From: Phoronis australis | Taxonomy: Eukaryota > Animalia > Phoronida | Assembly: GCA_002633005.1 (NCBI GenBank) | Contig: NMRA01000209.1 | Span: 186,001 to 250,000 of the forward strand | Length of the DNA: 64,000 bases | Direction of reading: 5' to 3' | Shown: positions 38,330 to 50,500 of the stretch, one piece after another | How positions within the stretch are numbered: position 1 is the stretch's first letter | Layout: each line of letters starts with the position of its first letter | Notes under the pieces: model-generated | Told to the model about the DNA's origin: nothing | Seen by the model: the letters and a program-made list of their open reading frames with translations, nothing else | The model's database searches: none | Program-made: the position numbers and the translations under genes

Positions 38330-40260
38330 CGCCGATTATCGTGTCCAGGCTTATGTAGGCAACACGTTGCCCCTCGGTTGGCCATTAAAGGGCTTCAATA
38401 CCTCCATTCGCTTTCTGTATGCTATTCGTTACATGTATTTGAAATTGGCGGTACGCCAAATCCGGCCAACGATTTTGAGTTTTCATCTCGTCAAAAATAC
38501 ATTGCACACGTAAAACTATCATTTAAAAAAGCGCTCACTTTCATCATTGGCCCTTTCTACTTCTATACATATCTTCGATGAAGTTTAGTTGTGAGAATTA
38601 AGGTGACTTTGGCGAAGAATTCCAACTCCACTTTTTGGTTGCCGTTAATTTTTTCATCACGCGCGCAATAACCACAAAGTATGTCAATTAAGTCACGTGA
38701 GTTATGCAATGGCTAACGCGAGACTGAGCGACGCGCGTGACGCTAGTGCGTGACACTTGCAAAATAGCATGAGAAGGTATCAGGTGAAATTTGTAACATT
38801 TGTGTCCCTTGGACTTTTTATTCGTCCACATGCGTGATTTCACGTAACTTCCACAAAATGGCACCCGATAAGAGAAACTCGAGCTAACCGCGACAGATTT
38901 TCATCGATTTGTTCAAGTTTTCTTGAATGAATCGTCTCCAGATTTATGGTATGAGTTGGTTATAACCCCATGTGCATATATGCATGTTTCATTTGATTTC
39001 ATTTCCTGAATTTTGAAATGAGTAACTTTTGTGGGGATGTACTATTGCCCTGCGGCATCCAGGGCGATGTAATTGCCTAAGGCTTATGAGCGTAGCTCGC
39101 CGACCACCGAAAACGCAATGTGTACATCCCGTTAGTTCACCGCCCTCGCGAACACGTGCCCCCACTCACAACTGGCAGGGTACTCGAACCATGTTCATGT
39201 GTACTGAGCGGCCAGCGAACTGTATATTGGTGAATGGGAAGCTGTGTTTTTGAACGAGAAAGCCTTGATTTGCCAGTCCGCTGGCGTGTCTGATGGTCGA
39301 CGTTCATGAGAACTGCAGTAGTATTGTTTCTACACCCTGATAATCCTTGGCACTATATCGTATACATCACGGAATCACTTTACCTGCAGCTGCCACTAAA
39401 TTGTTTTAATGAACTTGACAAATTGAATTTACCACCCGCCTCCTACTCCAACTAATGCTCTTCTGTCGGCGAATCTCAAGCGTCAACACTATTGCCGTGA
39501 AGAGATGGTTCGGAGAATGACTGATGCCCTCAACAGGAAACGCCCTTAGGCGTTTTAGTGAACAATTCCCTTGGTATACGCGACAAGTCGTTGCCTGACA
39601 GCACTTCAGGCTATGCAAAGAAGTTTGGAAATATCATTTTATTTAAAGCAACGTTTTTTAAGGAAATCACTTACGAGAAGAAATTTTGATGTTTCTAAGT
39701 CAGGGAAACCGCGCATGCACGTGGCGACCTGGAGACAGCTGGTCTCGGGCGGCACTCGTAGATATGGATGCCAGTGGGTTCTGGGAGTCTGTGTTTGACG
39801 ACGAAGAAAAGAGTGTATACAAAGCTGTACAATAGGGAAGTAATTAATTGCTGGTTGACACAGCTGCTGAATAAGGTTTTCAAAATAATTAGTTTCGTTG
39901 CCATTTCCTGTCCTCCACCCTCTTATTCACTCCTCAGTCGTCACCAGTCATTCCCCGTCGTCACCAAGTAAGAACGCTCATCACTAAGGCGCTCCAATTC
40001 CAGTGGCCCTATTAAGACTACATGTATTTCCATACTACCCGACGAATCTGCCAGATATCGCTCATGTCCCACCGCACGCCTCTTTCTACGGTCCTACACA
40101 ACAAGAGGGTACATGTCCGTTTCGCCGATCTCGAACAATTTGAGTGGCATAAAACTGAAAACTGAAGTCGGCAAACTTTCAAACACAAAAAAATCCGGTT
40201 AACGATGGCGAAACTTTCCAGTGAAGGAACCAAGCAACTACGTGTACGTCATTGCATTCA

Positions 40261-40404
40261 CATGGGCGGCGCAGCACTGAAAAGAGTGGGGGGCTAAAGC
40301 CCCCAACCCCCCTGTGGTGCACCGCCCATAGTGCCATGGGCGGCGGAGCACTGAAAAAAGTGGGGGGACTATAGCCCCCAGCCCCCTATGGTGCGCCGCC
40401 CATG
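40261..40404. repeat. Head-to-tail dimer of a ~70 bp GC-rich hairpin unit (mini-MITE)
   Basis: Units 40261-40330 and 40335-40404, each CATGGGCGGCG.AGCA...TGGTGC.CCGCCCAT(G); ATTCA occurs on both flanks. Confidence 0.75.
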
Positions 40405-41054
40405 ATTCATGGTTTTATCATGCGCAATTAAGAAGGCTAAGTCTAAGTATGAAAAATAAAAACAAAGGCTTTCGCCCCAAAACGTATCAAGCAACATTAT
40501 GGCTTTCGAAGAGGGCAAAATTGCTAAAAACATATGACAGCCATGGGGCAATTTACTGTTATCAAATTGTGAACATTACAATCGTAGGTTGTTGACATAT
40601 AGTAGAAACATAATTTTGCAATGTTTTCTTATTAACTTTGCGCACATTATTAAAACAACAGAAACACGTGGTGTTGAGTCCTTGAACTCGCGGCTGCTTT
40701 TAAGCGAAGCAGTTTGTATTTCCAAGTTTTGTACGCGACAGGGTTAATGGCAAGTGAACACGGGGGCTTATTGAAATCCAACGCTTAACCATTGTCGTAA
40801 AGTTAACTTCGAACAAACTTAAATTTTGCATTTGTCCGAAACAATAACAAAAGAACCGGACACTCGTCATGTAGCTCTTACAAGCACGAACCAGTCAGAA
40901 ATGCTTTCATTTGACCCCATTACCAAGCGAGGCAACGCCACACGCAGGATCCTATTTCGCCGCAGAAAGGTTGTCGGCCCAGTTGTCACTTTGTCGGTAA
41001 CATGGACAGACGAAAACAAGTGAACACTGACTTAACTTGGCTTTGACAGGGAAA

Positions 41055-41558
41055 ATGAAGGCTAGTGCTATTGCTGGAGTAGCTGTCGTGTTTATTTCCT
41101 ATTACGTTGGACTTCTCTGCGGCCAGACGGTACCGGGCGACGATGACCATCTCGACATTCCCGTTGTGGGAACAGCTCCGAGAATACGGATCCCGAAAAC
41201 TAAAATTAATGTCTTGGGTGCCATGCTGAAGACTCAGATTCAAGCGATACGAAACTCCACTGACAAGCAAGTTGAGCTCGTTTTCCTAATTGATAGTTCG
41301 ACCAGTGTTAAGTTTGGAAACTTTCACAACGAATTGAAGTTTGTGAGAAAACTTTTAGCGGATTTCACGGTGGAGTTAGCATCCACTAGAGTTGCGGTCG
41401 TCACTTTTTCGTCGCGCCACAGAATCCACCGGCACATCGACCACATATCCCGTCCAAATGAGGGGAATCACAAATGCGCCCTTCTGGAGGAACAACTGCC
41501 AAAAATCAAATATAAAGGCGGAGGGACATACACCCGGGGAGCTATGCTTGAAGCCCAG
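41055..41558 (+). CDS. SVEP1: SVEP1-like coding exon 1 (signal peptide + vWA N-half)
   Basis: GAAAATG; [23 protein letters not shown] hydrophobic leader; DSSTS MIDAS; donor CAG|GTAATT. Confidence 0.92.
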
Positions 41559-44500
41559 GTAATTCACTGCTTTGCAACATCATTGCGTAAGAATGTTACG
41601 CCAGTGTCCATCTAGAGTACATGTATGTGTTCTTTCGTCCATCTTCGTCGCCAAAACTGGCATTTGAATGCGTTTGGTTGGAACTGTGTTTGGTATATAT
41701 TCTTTAATCTCTATAGTGTCATAGGGGTCCCAAAATAGGATTCTGTCTGCATTGGAATTTCTCTCGTTATTTTTAGATCGTCTGCTTCAAACTTAAAATT
41801 AGTCTGACCCGTGTTTGGAACTTCGAATTCTATTACTCATTCACGTTTACCGGCACTTGTTACTGGCATTTTGTGGTCGATATTTTTTAAACAGGTGTTG
41901 GTCGACCCCGTCTTAAATAAAACAGTCAAACATTGGCTTTCGCTGAAGATTGGCATTCGCAAAAGCTGGTCGCCAGCGAAATAGCCATTGACTTAGAAAA
42001 AAATGCACCATTCTTCCAATGATCTCATCGATCCGGCAATACAGCAAGATTTATGTTCTGTTTGAATAGGATTCCTGAGAAATATTCCGAATGGTATATG
42101 GCTCAAAAAATTTTAGACAAAAAAACTGTGGGGCTCCAGGTTAGAATATTTTGCGAATTAGTCACGATTACCAATTGGTTTTACCATCTAGCGTAAGCAT
42201 AACGTACAATGTATCTCAGTTACATAAGCAAACGATGTTATCATAGGGTTAGGGTGACAGAGAAGTTGGTGGGGTTATGAGCATAACACAGTTGTCGTTA
42301 ACGTGACTCACGTAAATTCAAATGCCTGCTCAATGCGATTCAAATGTGCGATAGAGAAGAAAGAGAGAAAACGTTAAGCAAAACAATAAGATACAGAAAC
42401 GCGTATGAAGCAAAATTACAACACGAGTGGTTCTAGATGGCCCCTGGGCGGTACAAAACCGTTAAATTTGACTTAAAGTTTTTGCAGACACATATTCGAT
42501 TGGGCGAATACGACTTTGCTCACTGAAATTCATTTCATTGTTCTTAAAAATATAAAACACAATAAGATGTTACGTCGTGGTTGGACAACTTTCTGGTTGT
42601 GGATAAATTTCGCCGTCGCTTATGCAAATTTCTCCCTTATGAATGCAATTGTTTGTTTTAACTTTCAACTTTTTAAGTTCGAAACATTCGTTTGCCACTA
42701 GCAATTCTTAATTGAGTTGGCAATGACCTAGAAATTTCCCGCAAGACTAGACTTCGAACCATGCACTCCCCCACCAAACTTGAGAATTTTTCTGAAAGTC
42801 ACACTGAGTTTCAACTTAACCGCAGAATTCGAACTGTAGGTTTTTCCTAACAAATGTTTCCGCTTTCGTCAACGAAGGGCAATATTTTATTACTTTCACG
42901 CTGGCTCTAACCTCGGTACAACTTAATTTCATTTTAATCGACATTCTGACTTGAGCCCGGTCCCATGCGCGCCATCTTGATACGGATATCAAAAGAGTTT
43001 TATTCTTATACGCAGGTCGTTCCAGCAACAAAACGTCTTACGAACCAGATGCAAATATTGACGCAATAGATTTATTGCAATTCCTGAAATTTTGCTTCTG
43101 GACTAACTACAACTCGGCGCATTCAAGTCTCGAACACCGAGTCCGAGTTGTTTGCAAATCTGTGTTTCATTCTAAATAATACTGTCTGCAGTTATTTAAT
43201 CTTTTTGGAGTAGCAGAAAACTAATTTTTGAGGGTCTTCGTGACACTTTGATGAGGATATGTTTTTCCAAAAGCAATGAGCATCCGGCTCGTATAAAATG
43301 TTTTGGCTCTTCAGTATATTTGACCGAAACGAACGTCATGTCTTGGCCATTCGCAAAAAACAATTCACCGAAACACTGAAGACCATAGTGTACAATGATC
43401 CCTCAAAGACATCACTGAAAAGCCTCGCGAAGCGCCATCTTTGAATTCACTGTTATGGTTCACATTTTCTATCGAAATATTTTTCTTTTTATTACGGCGA
43501 GTTAGTTAGATAAAATAATGAACATAGTGAAATTTATAAATAATCACAGCATGAAGCCTCGTCCTCGCTAATGTGATTTATTTCAGTTTGTAGTTTACGA
43601 TTTGACAGAATTAACGGTGCGGAGGTTTTAAAGTCTTTGTAGTGTAAGCCTTAAAGAGTCCTGGAACGCGATAAATAGTCTAAATTGCACTATTGAAAAT
43701 GGTTCTCTGCAAACTAAAATAGAATTCAACCAGCTCACCTAGTATTTTTATTGTTTGTTCGTAAAGATTTTTAATTTCTGTTGACATCGAACCATTTTCT
43801 TTTAGTTTCAAATTTCAAAGAAAACGATCTGTTAACTGCTCGCCACTTCGTCGATTTTTATCCCACAAGGCAAAGCACGTCTACTTATTTGGTATGGCAA
43901 GACATAGACATGCAGTGTAGCACATTTCCCTGTATGGAAAATGTATCCTTTGACGTCAAGCGACTTTAAGCAACTGACTGTTAGCGCATGCTCCCATTTA
44001 TCATAAGTGGGCGGTAGATTAGAAACTGTGTGGTAACCACAGTTTTTCCTTCGCGAGTATTTAAAAAATTGGGAATTTTGTGATATTTTTCTGCAAATTT
44101 CCCCACAGGTGAAAGTGAATAACTGTATGTTGCGAGATAATACTTTCGCCAGGAATTGTTTAAAAGATAAAAGCTAATTTTGACGTGCTTTTGCGTTCCA
44201 TGCCTCTTTAACATTAATTAACATTTCTGCGATGCGTACGGTGAAAGTGTGACTCCCAGTCATGTTTTACAGTATTTACTATAGCATTCACTGCAACTCC
44301 AATGCAGAAGGGTCTTCGAGGTATCTAAACCCCCTACTAGGCTCCACTTACCTTCCTTAACTTTGATATCCAGTATACGCTTAAAAGTCAGTCAACAATA
44401 TTGCTCTTGCGATTTTTATTTCCATGCAAACACCCGATTTTGTAATTTAGGAAATGTCCTACCGCTATGCAAAAGAGGACATTATATAATGGTTAGAATT

Positions 44501-47500
44501 ATCACATAACTCGTGAATGTGTTGGTTGAAAATCCAAAGTTCCTCTTACGGATTTTTAATTATTTAGTTTTTTAATCAAGTTTATTTTAAACCAAATGAA
44601 ATTAAGTTCTTAACCTACACGTCAACTTTTGGCATACCAGATGACCCAGCATGGGCGGCGCAGCACTGAAATAAGTTGGGGCTATAGCCCCCTATGGTGC
44701 GCGCCACCCATGGCCATGGGCGGCACAGCACTGAAATAAGTGATGACTATAGCCCCCAGGCTCCCTATGGTGCGCCGTCCACGCAAAGGCTTTCATTCGG
44801 GGTGAGGGGGTGTTGGTGGGGGTTTGTTGGTCCTTTGAGGCCGCAAAATATTGTGGCTTCACAGGCAACCAATATCGTCAAGTTGTAGACTATTGAATTG
44901 CGCACTGCCGTAGCCCGCGAAGTGCGACAATTCGAAGCACAAGATGTCGTAATTTTTCATGCAACAGTTTGTAGTGTTTATAGGTCATGGCACTCTGATT
45001 GTGATAGCCCAGGCCGACGTTTGAAGCACAACTGTCGCAATTTTTCTTGCGACAAGTTGTAATATGTGGAATTGTGTATTGCCGTAGCTCTCAAAATTGA
45101 CCCATCGCAAGATCCGCCCCCTGGCGTAATGTCGACTAACAAACAATAAGTTTTACCCGGCAAAGTGTTGTTTGTTGGGTAAAATGGTGGCTTGGATTTG
45201 AGGGTGTGTCAATAATGCTGCTTTCTAAATGGTAAGTTAACCCGTCACTCAAAATCCTGGCGATAAGTCAATTGCAAAGGCTCACAGATCACTGACGTCA
45301 CCCTTACAGTGACCATCGAGGAGGAAAGCGTACTTGTTGTTTGCCCCCCCCCTCGGTCGCCTCGAGCTCCCCCTCCCTCAGAAACTCATGGGGAGGGGGG
45401 TGAGGGGCTGAACAAAGACTCGTGAGACAAACTGTCACTGCATCAAAATGTGTTTCGATAATATTCCTTTGAAAATCAACACAGTGTTAAATTTGAGGCT
45501 TAGTCTGTCCGACCCCACAAACCACAAATTGTCGCAACGAAAGGTGACAACGCTTTGTATTTCAAAGGCTGGTTAAAATTGTCGCAGTCTGAGGATTGCC
45601 ACAGAGTGCGACAATATATTCATTTCCCTCTGTTTGGGTCGTACAGGGTTCGAATCTCCTTATCGGCCTCTTTGGTATTGTTGTAGTGGAGATATGTGAA
45701 GTGTTCGATCGTAACATATGGCCGAAAACGGCTTCGTGGTTATTGTATCGATAAAACCTACGATGGGATTATTGTTTCAAAAACTGTATGGCAGCTGGTC
45801 TTGTTTTTCCCAGAATGCTGTTGCTTATTTAAATGTATTCACACTGTGAATAAGTGCACTGGGAGCCGACTCCGTGATGTCCCGTTACAACATATCTAAG
45901 TCCGAAAAGACCATCTTTAATTATTTTGTATTCCGTACCTATTGGACGCGCAAAGTACATTCGCCCGAAACCCGAGCAGTGTTTCGTTGACGCTTGAGCC
46001 TCGCGATAAAGCAAGATCATGCATGGCTTCGCAAAACCACGCGAGTGAAGGGCAAGTGTTTCTCTAGTCGGCTCTAAACCATTGTATCGTAAATTGGTGG
46101 CCACTGTTGTACAGTAATTGGTCGGTGAGGTTGGAATGTTGAATCATGCGTTAAGATTCACTGTTTCCGTTAAATAGCGGAAGATTTCTCTTCGGAAGTG
46201 CAAGAATATTGTTTTGGAACACAGCCTTTGGTTGCGTTCAGTTGACGCAAAACGCTTGCGCGCGAAAAGTCTTCTCGATGTATAGCCATCACTAGCAAAG
46301 CTCATGACCACTCTTGCTTTCTTCACGGGTGTCTTGCGTCTACGGAACGCAGTGACTGCTTTCCTGAGATACTCGCGAGTCCTTTGTCGCGATAAATCTT
46401 GCCTGAAACCGGAAAGCGTGAATTTTCTTCCGTTATTTAGTATTTCTATCTCTCTGGACCAATTATTTCAGTGGTGATCATTTCGCTAGTCTACGCAAGT
46501 AGCTTTCCGATCTTACCTACGAAACTCGTGTCTTTCACACAAGTTATTTTACATGATCTCGCGTGATCTCGAAGTCACGGTGGAATGTATATGGGAATTT
46601 AGGGCCGGTTCCCCCGCAGATAGGACTAAAAAGAAAAATATAACCGCCACAGATATGACGCAGTTATTTTGCTTAAAGCGGTACTTGCTCCCCATTACAG
46701 CACTCGAGACCCCCCAATGGAAAGGTACATTGAATATACCTTTCTTCACTTCTGGTGGTGCACAAGCAGTCAGCGCGTCAACTGTCGTCCAAATCTAGGG
46801 ATTTTCTTCTACATAATGGTTCAGCGCTTCTGCCGCACCATCAAAGTACAGATAAGGGAAACACCTCGAAGATACCAAATGATAAGCGAGAGCAAAGTAT
46901 TTCTGTCCCCGAGACAGTACCCGGGAGCAAAATACCCACCGAGACAATACCTCAGAGAATAAAATACCCACCAGAGTTACCTGCAAATCCCAACCAATGC
47001 CCGGGATCTAAAAGAGCCTGGTGAACGCGATTAAAAGACTTAGCGTAGCATGGTTTTCATCCGTTTCGCATCATTTAAGCCTATTTTTCCAATAATTTAA
47101 ATTAATGAACAATAGTTTGTGATTTTACTTTCGAAGTCCTAGTAAGAGAACTACAGACAGCGGGCTTTCGAAAACCCCTCGTGCTTACTCAACATTTGTG
47201 TAGAACTGCATCAAGTGGAGGCGGTCACGTGACTGCCAACGTAATCGTGTCGATGCCATCGTCCGCTGAAGTTTGCATGCGATACATGGACGTGGACGTA
47301 AATACGAAACGCCAAAGGGTTCCTTAATGCGGGTTGAAATGTGCTTATCCAACGCTCACAATTGATTAATAGACGCTCGGAATATACCTCATGTGAGATT
47401 ATGAACGAGTTGGTGGTTTTGTTCCACTTCTGTTCTGAGTTCGGAAGCCCACAAGCGGTACCCGAAACACGCTTGCAGTGTTTTTGTCAATGACATAATT

Positions 47501-50500
47501 TTCTTCTATTGCAGCGATCATGTATAGTTTACGGCATTTTTACTGAATGCAACAAACTGGGATTGGCATGTATTGTGGACATTTCGTCATTATCAGCAGA
47601 CAGCAAAAAATGAAGTTGTTTACAAACAGTTTTTAGAGTAACGAAGCTATAAAAGAATAAAATCCGAAAAACACATGGGAAATAAGAAACATAACTGCAT
47701 GGTGTCCCTTCTTCTAGCGCTGTTTCTTTAAGCGCTGAGATGGAAAGACAGGGTAAACAATACTTCAGGACAAGGGTGATACATAAATTTTCTCTGGATA
47801 TTTAATCACAAGGCCGGATGACCCTTTGCGCTTTAGATGGGTATTTTCCTATTGTTTATCGTTTACAACTGAAATGAGTTTAAACGCGTCGCGCAATGTC
47901 CGTTTTTTAATGACAATTTCAAGTGGTCTCTTGACTTAAATCGACCCAATCTAAAACCCACTCGTTGTTGCGTTGTAGAAACAATTTAAAAGGAAAGTCT
48001 CAATTTTCCCGAGATATGCTTATTTGTCTTTCGAGATTCACTCTTTTAAACTTTCTATATTCTCATGTAAACAAATGCGAATCAAATTTTTTTATGGGTG
48101 GGCCTCGGTTGTGGTATCCTGCCCAACAAATAATATCGACCTGAAACGCAACCATGTACGATCTACGACATACGTAAGAATAACGATGATTTCGAGGGAG
48201 ACGATAGTTTAAAATAACGACGATAGTACTCAAAATTATCTAATGGTAAATTTTTTATTATAGTCACTTACAGGAGTTCTGGATTTTAAGAGTCAGTTTA
48301 AGAACCGTTATTCAAAACTATTTCTCAAAATATGGGACCACTGCAAATGACTACTAGCGGGTATTTTATGAAATTTTGTTATTTTTATGATGATCGTTTA
48401 AAACAGAATGCAAACAATTATGACTCTGGGTTTGATCACCTTGGCAATTTAAAGTTCAATTTTTTTTCGTTTCCGCGGACTATTTGGGATTAATTTATAA
48501 CATCGCATTATAGTGACAGTGATGTTGTTTTAGAGATCGGTCCCAAGACAGATTCGAACCTCCGACTTCAGCATTCGCAGACCGGCACTTTGCTAGCAGA
48601 GCTAAAACAGACGAGATAAGACATCGATTTAATTTATTTCTAGAGGTCAACGTCGGGGGCGACGATTTGTAATGAAATCAAATATCCACGCTGATTCAGC
48701 CGTGGTAAAAGTTCATGACTTCAAGAAGACTAACCCACCCAACAATACTCCCGAAATGCCTTTTCGGTCCTAAATTCGATTATGTACAGTAAATTGACAG
48801 CAAAGCCTTTACGTCTCAATCGCAAGTTAGACACTGTGGACAGATGCCGACAGAACGGCGCTGACCACTTTTCCATATGTTTAATTGATAAAATGACCAG
48901 TTCTGTCAGATTATGTACACAAGTGTAACAGATGGTGAGACGGGACAGGTGCGTAAGTCACGTGGTGTTGTTATGCTGCCGACGACTAGACTTGCAAGGG
49001 TACAATTTCACTTGATGCTTCATTAGAGAAAATTCCTGCCAAATTTGAGGGGATAATTTGAGCTATGGTCCCTGCACTTTTCCAGACTTGGGAGCTTGAC
49101 AGAACAGTCGGTTAATGTTCGTTCAAGGCTATCACTGCAGTGTAGCTTCGAGCCGTTTCTACAACTTTCATTCTTGACATACCCTTTCTTTACCTCTAAC
49201 TGAAACTTGATTTTCTCCCTCTACCCGTAAGCACATTACATCCTGTACCTGCGAACCATATTTAATGCAGTTGCAACTTTTATCCTACGAAGAATCTCAC
49301 GATTCCAAATTTCTTTGCACGAACTTAACGCAGTGATTCGGAAACAAAATGTGCTTAGCGACCGAAATGCTCGCCGAAAAAATGAGGTGCGCGGGCAAAG
49401 ATGACTGTGAGTACATGTACATGTAGGGTTGGAATTGAAGTTGTAGGTTAAACAACCCTGCTTCTTGGCAAGCTGCCTGCTCAGCAATAGATGTCATTAT
49501 ATGTTTTTCATTACTTTGTTATAGTAATTGACGCATTTCTCCTGTATACCTATGGAAAACGAGGTTCCAAATTCCCAATACTAATGGGCACAGAACAGTT
49601 CTCATAGGGATTTGCCTTTCAGAACACACGTCTATGGACTCGTCACTCTTTCTCCACTCCGTCAAAAACTGCATGAAAGAACGAGGAGTTGTGAGTCATT
49701 TCACAACAGAAGCCCTACAGATGAGCGCAGAAACTTTGTTCTCTCTTGTATTTTTGACCCTTTCACTCCTACTCAAAAGCAAGGGAGAGTAAGAAAAAAG
49801 GGGGCCGAAAAACGCCAAATCCACACTTTTCATCCCAAAACTACCACTTCCCTGCCGATGCTCGACTAAAGCCAGCATTAGATTCTGGAATTAATTAATT
49901 TTTCTACCAAATCCAAAATATGGTCCAAAAGTACTGTCAACCAACTAGTTTTTTACAAATCTGGTTTGTTTCAGTGCTACATGAAATCGCAGCTGATTTC
50001 TCAGTCGCTTTCCAGCAATGTACAATTCAACAGGGGACCGCCATCTTGAAGAAAAGTGCAGCTACAGCCGAGCAAGTGGTCTTTATCATTCTCAACATGT
50101 TCACATATACAAACAAATCACATTAACTTGGCCTACATGCAATACCTAACTAAAATGCCCTCAAGATTGGCCTACCCCTAGATCTTAATATTTTGGGAGT
50201 GCAAATTGGCCGCGACCGCAGCCTAACTGTTCAGTGCCACCAAGTCTTTAATGTGTGTTCGAAGGACATATGGCGAACATAAATGCTCTTGCTTTGGTTC
50301 AACTCTATTGGATATTTTGACTAGTACACTTTATCTACACTGCTGCATACAGTGTCGGCTCAGCAAGAATCTCGAGGAGACATTTTCACCTACCAGAAGA
50401 ATTGCAAGCGAGTTATCATCGTTAATAAAAAACACCGTGTTCTAAATCAACGGCCCAAGGCAATCATAGCACGACATGCCGCCTTATCGTATGAATGTAA

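Noticed and set aside
40261-40404. Palindromic repeats as CRISPR or REP elements
   Set aside because: No unique spacers and eukaryotic context; better explained as MITE-like units.
45334-45420. C-run/G-run inverted segment
   Set aside because: Low-complexity pairing only; probably a decayed repeat.
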